Positions 58,217 to 64,000 of a stretch of 64,000 nucleotides of DNA are shown here, piece after piece. The stretch's first letter is position 1, and each line of letters starts with the position of its first letter. Both the position numbers and the translations under genes were made by a program. Source of the stretch: Amoebidium appalachense (lineage: Eukaryota; Protista; Ichthyosporea); assembly GCA_963693365.1 (NCBI GenBank), contig CAVNZM010000003.1:4287106-4351105 (forward strand), written 5' to 3'. Below the pieces are notes generated by a model, which saw nothing but the letters and a program-made list of their open reading frames with translations, searched no databases and had not been told where the DNA came from.

Positions 58217-61200
58217 TGTCTGTGTGTGTGTGTGTGTGTGTGTGCGTGCGTGTGTGTGTGTGTGTGCGCGCGCGTGTGGCCACACACTCGCCTGCCTGCA
58301 TGTGTGTGTGTGTTTTTGTGTGTTTAGGAGTAAGGGTGGGGGTGGGGTGGGGTGGGGTTGGGGGGGGGAGGGGGGGGTGGCCAGTTTGACACACAGCACG
58401 TCTAGCATCCCCACATTACACAGCTATGGCCGGTTCGGCACGTTCAGAGATCCTGGCATATAAGTGGTCTTCTTGAGAGAGAGGGGGGAAAAGGGAAGGG
58501 GGGAAGGGGGGAGGGGGGGGAGGGCCTGGCGGGCGTGGCGGGTGTGGATATGTACACCACACTGCGAGTTCCAGCCAGGGTTAAAGTTTACTGTGCCATA
58601 CTGTGTGTCCGTAGAAGGGGCGGGGGGGGGGGGGGGGGGGGGGAGGGGGGGAGAGTGGGGAGGGGGGGGGGGGGGGGGGAGGGGGCGGGGAGGGGATGAA
58701 AATATACATAAACACAAGCCTTAGGGTACGGTAGCACGTTTTGGGCACAAAGTAGCCTTTGAAAAGTCCTCTCTTATCCCACAAACACATGCCGCAAATC
58801 AGTAGCAACACATTAGTATGGCACAGTTTGTGCATTTCGGCAACTTTCCTTGTGTTATTTCACGGCATTGGTTGTGCAATCCCCCACCTTCCGACTCCTG
58901 CTGAACCATAATGGCCGATTTGAGTTTCTGATATAAGGGATTTGCCAGCAGATCATGGCAAATAGGTTGCCCCTTATTAAAAGATTAATCGCAGTTCCCA
59001 CATTGCTCCCCCCTTCCCCTCCCTCCCCCCTCCCCATGCACACACACAGATTCCTCCCCCCCCCCTCCCCCCCCTCCAGGCTCACTCCCCCACTCTCACC
59101 ACTTCTCTCCCCCTTCCCCTTCCCCTTCCCTCTTCTCCCCCCCCCCCCCCCCCCCCCCTTCCCCCCCCCCCTTCCTTCCTTCCCCCCAAAACCCACCCTA
59201 CACACCCCACCCCACCCCGCCACTTTCCCTCCCTGTCAAGTATCCGAGGAGGGTCAAAAAAAAGGAAAGAAGAAAAGAAAGGGGGGGAAAGAGCAAAAGG
59301 AAAAGGCAACCAACAGTGTGTGTGTGGGCAACGCTTTGGATAGCGTGTGTTCGTGTGTGTGTGACAGTGTGTGGTGTTGCCCGGGCTATGTATGTGCGGA
59401 TACCGGGTGTGTCAGCATGTGTTCATGTGTGTGTACATGTACGTTCTTTTTATACATATTAAGTACTCCTTGTTTCTTAACATACAAATTTGTGTTTGTG
59501 TGTCTCTCACTCTCTCTCTATCCCTGTCTTTCTCTATGTGTCTGAGCACTCCCTTCCTCTCTCTTTCTGTCTCTCTCTCTCTAAACTCTCTCTTTCCTTT
59601 TCGTTTCTCCCTCTCTTTCTTTCTTTTCAACAATTTCTGGTGGGAGGAGGGTGGGAATTCGGTGGGTTGCCAGAAGGTCACCCGGCAAGAACCCACAACC
59701 GAAACCTTATTTCCTTGCCTTCAGTCCTCTAGCTTGCCAAGTGACGACCAACCCCCCCCCCCCCCTCCCAATCATACAGGGCCGTCTTCTTCCCTTATTC
59801 TGTCATGTAACAGATCTAGATAGTGGACATTACAGTATGAACCCTGGAGGGATTGACTGGCTATATCCCCTAGGTTTGATGTTCTGTTACAATCAGTGTT
59901 TCTTTCCGACTCTGCCGCTACTGATACCCCCCCCCCCCCCCCCCCCCCCCCCGCGTGGTATACCGTATGCATGATCACAATCAAAATATACGGCATACAC
60001 AGTGTACACGGATCAGCCCGGCAATGAGTGTGGCCCCTTGCAATATAATGGGTCACCTGGGTGTGTACACGGGCACATGCGTGTGTACACGGACATAGCG
60101 GTGTGCACACGGGCACGTGAGGCAAATTAGAATATGATGTACATATAGATGACTAGCATGAGTCGAAGTACGGAGAACCATTAGCCTCGTACGAATGCAT
60201 AAGATCGAAGTACGGAGACATTAGCCTCGGGCCGTAGCCTCGTGCAAATGACAAAAGATGTGCAGTAGCCTTATTAGGCTATAGACGGTTGCTGTAGAAT
60301 TCTTGTAAGAATTTATCATTGGCCAGAGGCCGGGCAAGAATCGTACAGCAGGAGAATGTTAGGATTCCCTTGCTATTGGCCGAGAACATCAAAAACATAT
60401 TAAGGTAGCCAATAGGAAAGGGGATTGGGACAGCCGTAATGGATTTATATTCTGCATATTTCTGTGATGATGCACGAGTATATAAACCACGGCTGGCCGG
60501 GGGCGTCTCTCAGTTCTGGTGTCGGAGACACTAGACCACCCTAGGTGTAAGTAGGTTTGGCACACAGTAACACGATCGTGTGGGCCACTCAACCCGGATT
60601 ATTAAATACATTTGTGTTCCTTCAAAGTCACTGACCCGTGTAACAGTCTAGTTATACAACACCCCCCCCCCCCCCCCCCCCCCCCCCCAAAAAAAAACAT
60701 GCCCCCCCGCCCCCCGGCTTTTTTTTTTTTGGGGGGGGGGGGGGGGTAGGCTTGCACGCGCGCGTGCGCGCGCGTGTGTGTGTATGTGTGCATATGCACT
60801 TGTGTGTATGTATCTTCGTAGTAAAGGGGAGTTGGGCCGGGGAAGAGGGGGAGGGGGGGATTTAAGTGTACTACCCTGTAGTCCATGTGATTCTATATAA
60901 TCAATTTTGATGTTTTTGCGCCTGAGGCCGAGTCATGCACTAACCCCGGACTGTTGTCTGAAAAAGGTGGAAAATGAAGACAGCAAGGAGCACTTGTTGG
61001 TCAGTGTCCTAGCCAACAATTTTGCAAATTGATAGCATGTGTTTCATGTGTTTGCGCTAGTGACCCACAATAAACTGTCAAAACTTTGTTTTTGAATCTG
61101 CACAAGCGGAAGGACTTGGGAATTTGGCGACTCGCTTTTTTGGCAGCTGCAAGTCCATGATCATGATGGTTGTTTGCACAGTGTTCACCAGCCAGGCCGT

Positions 61201-61762
61201 GATGGTGCATATGCTGCACCAATCTGGCACCCATTAGCCAAATGGAGGCGGGAAAAATGGTTGCCCACAACACCATAGCTTAATCATTAAGCTCTTGTAC
61301 ACCTTGCATAAGGCTTTGCGTGAGAACTGATAATACGTACTAAATCAATTTAGGATTTCGTGCATTGTTGTCAACGCCGGGCAGCATAGTTATGCCAGTA
61401 CACATGCAGGAGGTTAGCTGGAACTGCAGGGGGAATTACACCCACCTTCCAAGAATCATTTGGTTGGGGTATGAGTGAGCAGGTGCTTGGCACACAGATT
61501 CATGAGAAGCTGGCACCCCCCCCCCCCCCCCCCCTCTCCCTCCTCCCCTCCTCGCCCCCCTCCCTCCATCCCCGTTCCCCTTTTTTCCCCCTGTGTACCT
61601 TTTCTATGGTTGAAGGCTTTTTCTCGAAGCTCTTTTGACGATTTGTAGGTGTGTGTAGAGGAAAGAATGAAAGTGTGATGGTCCCTACCTTCCACACACA
61701 CAAACACGCACGGTGTACACCCACACCCACATACATACGGCACACATAGATACACATACACC

Positions 61763-61906
<144 letters not shown>

Positions 61907-62124
61907 CACACATGCCGTGCGCGCACACTAGCACACACAATGACTGGTAGACACGTGCATGACAGGCATAGTGCACGCACACGTGGCACATGCGAGCACG
62001 CATGTAAACTCCGGGCGGCAGATACGCACACATGATTAGGGGCGGAGAGAGCCATGGGCGTGTTTTTTTTCTTGGGCTATTTTTTTTTTTTTTTTTGGGT
62101 TAGTTCGAAGGGGACTTAATTGTT

Positions 62125-62156
<32 letters not shown>

Positions 62157-62161
62157 GTGGC

Positions 62162-62215
<54 letters not shown>

Positions 62216-64000
62216 GGGGGGGGGGGGGGATTAAGGTGTGTAACGCTTGCGAACGTCCGCGCAAACATTTGTACCAGTCCAGGGTCGGAAAACTTGCAAG
62301 GAAAGAAGTTTGCTATGCCATGGCTCTGTGTACTTGTCGTGGGTGGGTGGAGGGAGGGGGCGGGGGGCGGGGGGAAGGGGGAGGGGGGGGGGGGGGGGAG
62401 GAACAGGTGGGGAGGAGGGGGAGGGGGGGGGGAGGGGGGGGGGGGAATGGGGGGGGGGGGGGGGGGGGGGGAGGGCGGCCTGCATGATTACCCTTGATTT
62501 TTGCCTTATTTTGCAAGAACTAAACTTCGGACCAATCATAGGAAGGCATAGTGAAGGACCACCAGATATCGTCACTGAGTTTGCCTGTTGATATCTTGTC
62601 CCACAATCAAACATCCGAAGAACATACTTTAATCCCTACATCCTCATCGGTTTCAAAGAAGGTGGGGTCCCCTCCCTTTGGCAATGCAGTGCTGCACACC
62701 AGCAGGTACTGCAACCCAAGAATCCAACCGCAGCGGCTGTGGCGGGGTCTGCCAGAGTTATATGGCCGGCAAGGGCGAATCCCTAAAGGTGTAGCTGAAT
62801 GCTCTTCAAAAGGTACCAACCTAATATTGAAATTATGCAGTGTGGATTTGTGTGCCGGCAACCCTTATATGTGCCCCCCTGTCTCCCCCCCTCCCCCCCC
62901 TGCTCCTGCCCCCCCCCCCCCCCCCCCCCTTTCATTACCACCAGCACACACACAACATTGCGATATTATGCCGGCCTTACTAAGTCGTATGTATGCTGCA
63001 TGTGCATACGGTGCAATGTTGTGTGCACGTGTAGTAGTACGTGAAAGGATCAACAGGCATGCATCGCTCGTCGGTATCATACGGTATTAAAGTGTTGGTC
63101 GTAATGTAGATAGGGTCTTGGTGCGCATGAAACCGTGTGTGACCGTATCCATGCCTGTGTGTGTGTGTGTGTGTGTGTGTCTGTTGCTTGTGTGTGTGCG
63201 AATGTGTGTATGTGCATGTGTGTGTGTGGTCTACCGTAGCCTGGCATCCAAAAATCACACAGCTATGTATAAATGTTACGGCTGGGTTCAGGGATCCTAC
63301 CATAGTATTTTTTTCCAAGGGGGGGACGGGGGGGAGGGGAGGAGGAGGGGGGGGGGGGGGGAGGGGGGGAGGGAGGAGGGGGGGGGGGGGGGAGGGGAGG
63401 CAGGTGTTTATACAGCACAATGCAAGGGTTGAAAGATTATTGACAATTCATCGTTTTGTGTGCCCACACAGAAATTTTGAAAAGGAAATGTGTATAGACG
63501 TAGACGTACAGTAGCAAGTAGTGGGCCCAAAGAAGCCCCTCAGGAATTCTCCTTTTATCCCACAATCTAGGTCCAACGACTTTCTCTAATACAACCTCTC
63601 GGGCAACGGCTGGTGCATTTGGGCAACCCTTCCTTGTGGTTGTGCATTCCATTGGATTGCACACACTCATGCGCTTGGCGACCAAAGTATGGCTGATGCG
63701 AGTTTCTAATCAAAGAGATTTGCATCTACGCAAGTCTGGGTAGAGTATTTGCCCCTTTCAAATGACGCTGAATGGTCTCACAGTTCCCACATAACCAACC
63801 TCCCTCCCTCCCCTCCCCCCCCCCCCCCCCCCCCGGCTACCCTCCAAAAAGGGCAGAAAGAAAAAGCAATCAATAAACGTAGCCCTAGCGGCACGTGCAC
63901 CAACAACGTGCTATAACATGTACAGTACCACACCGACAGTGGAGGCCAGCATACAAAGACCAACATATTTATGGACACAGGTACACGTGCGCACAGAGTG

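Noticed and set aside
60130-60650. LTR-like segment with TATA box and short internal repeats
   Set aside because: Could not define TG...CA ends with a matching TSD.

Overview
Eukaryotic genomic DNA with GT-AG introns full of (CA)n, (GA)n and poly-G/C tracts. (1) 1-23333 (minus strand): a large multi-exon secreted or surface protein gene with a signal peptide, 3 WSC domains, 9 PAN/Apple domains alternating with EGF-like modules, and further beta-rich domains. It runs off the left edge, and its domain exons are bounded by phase-1 introns. (2) 27495-35402 (minus strand): a 4-exon, 280-aa degenerate Ras/Rho-like GTPase gene. (3) A very young APE+RT non-LTR retrotransposon family with two copies carrying intact ORF1+ORF2, one 5'-truncated copy and one 3'-end-only copy. 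Its 3' end is unusual: the poly(A) is internal and is followed by a conserved ~195-bp module ending GTAAACCCC. That module lies inside the target-site duplication and is always followed by AT. An older relative at 25.3-26.8 kb also ends TAAACCCC. (4) A Ty1/copia element (43076-51493; 5-bp TSD, half-tRNAiMet-type PBS) that has lost RT and hosts one LINE copy. (5) 41.9-64 kb: decayed repeated units with no intact ORF. The best candidate for a new system is the LINE with a post-poly(A), C-ending terminal module.
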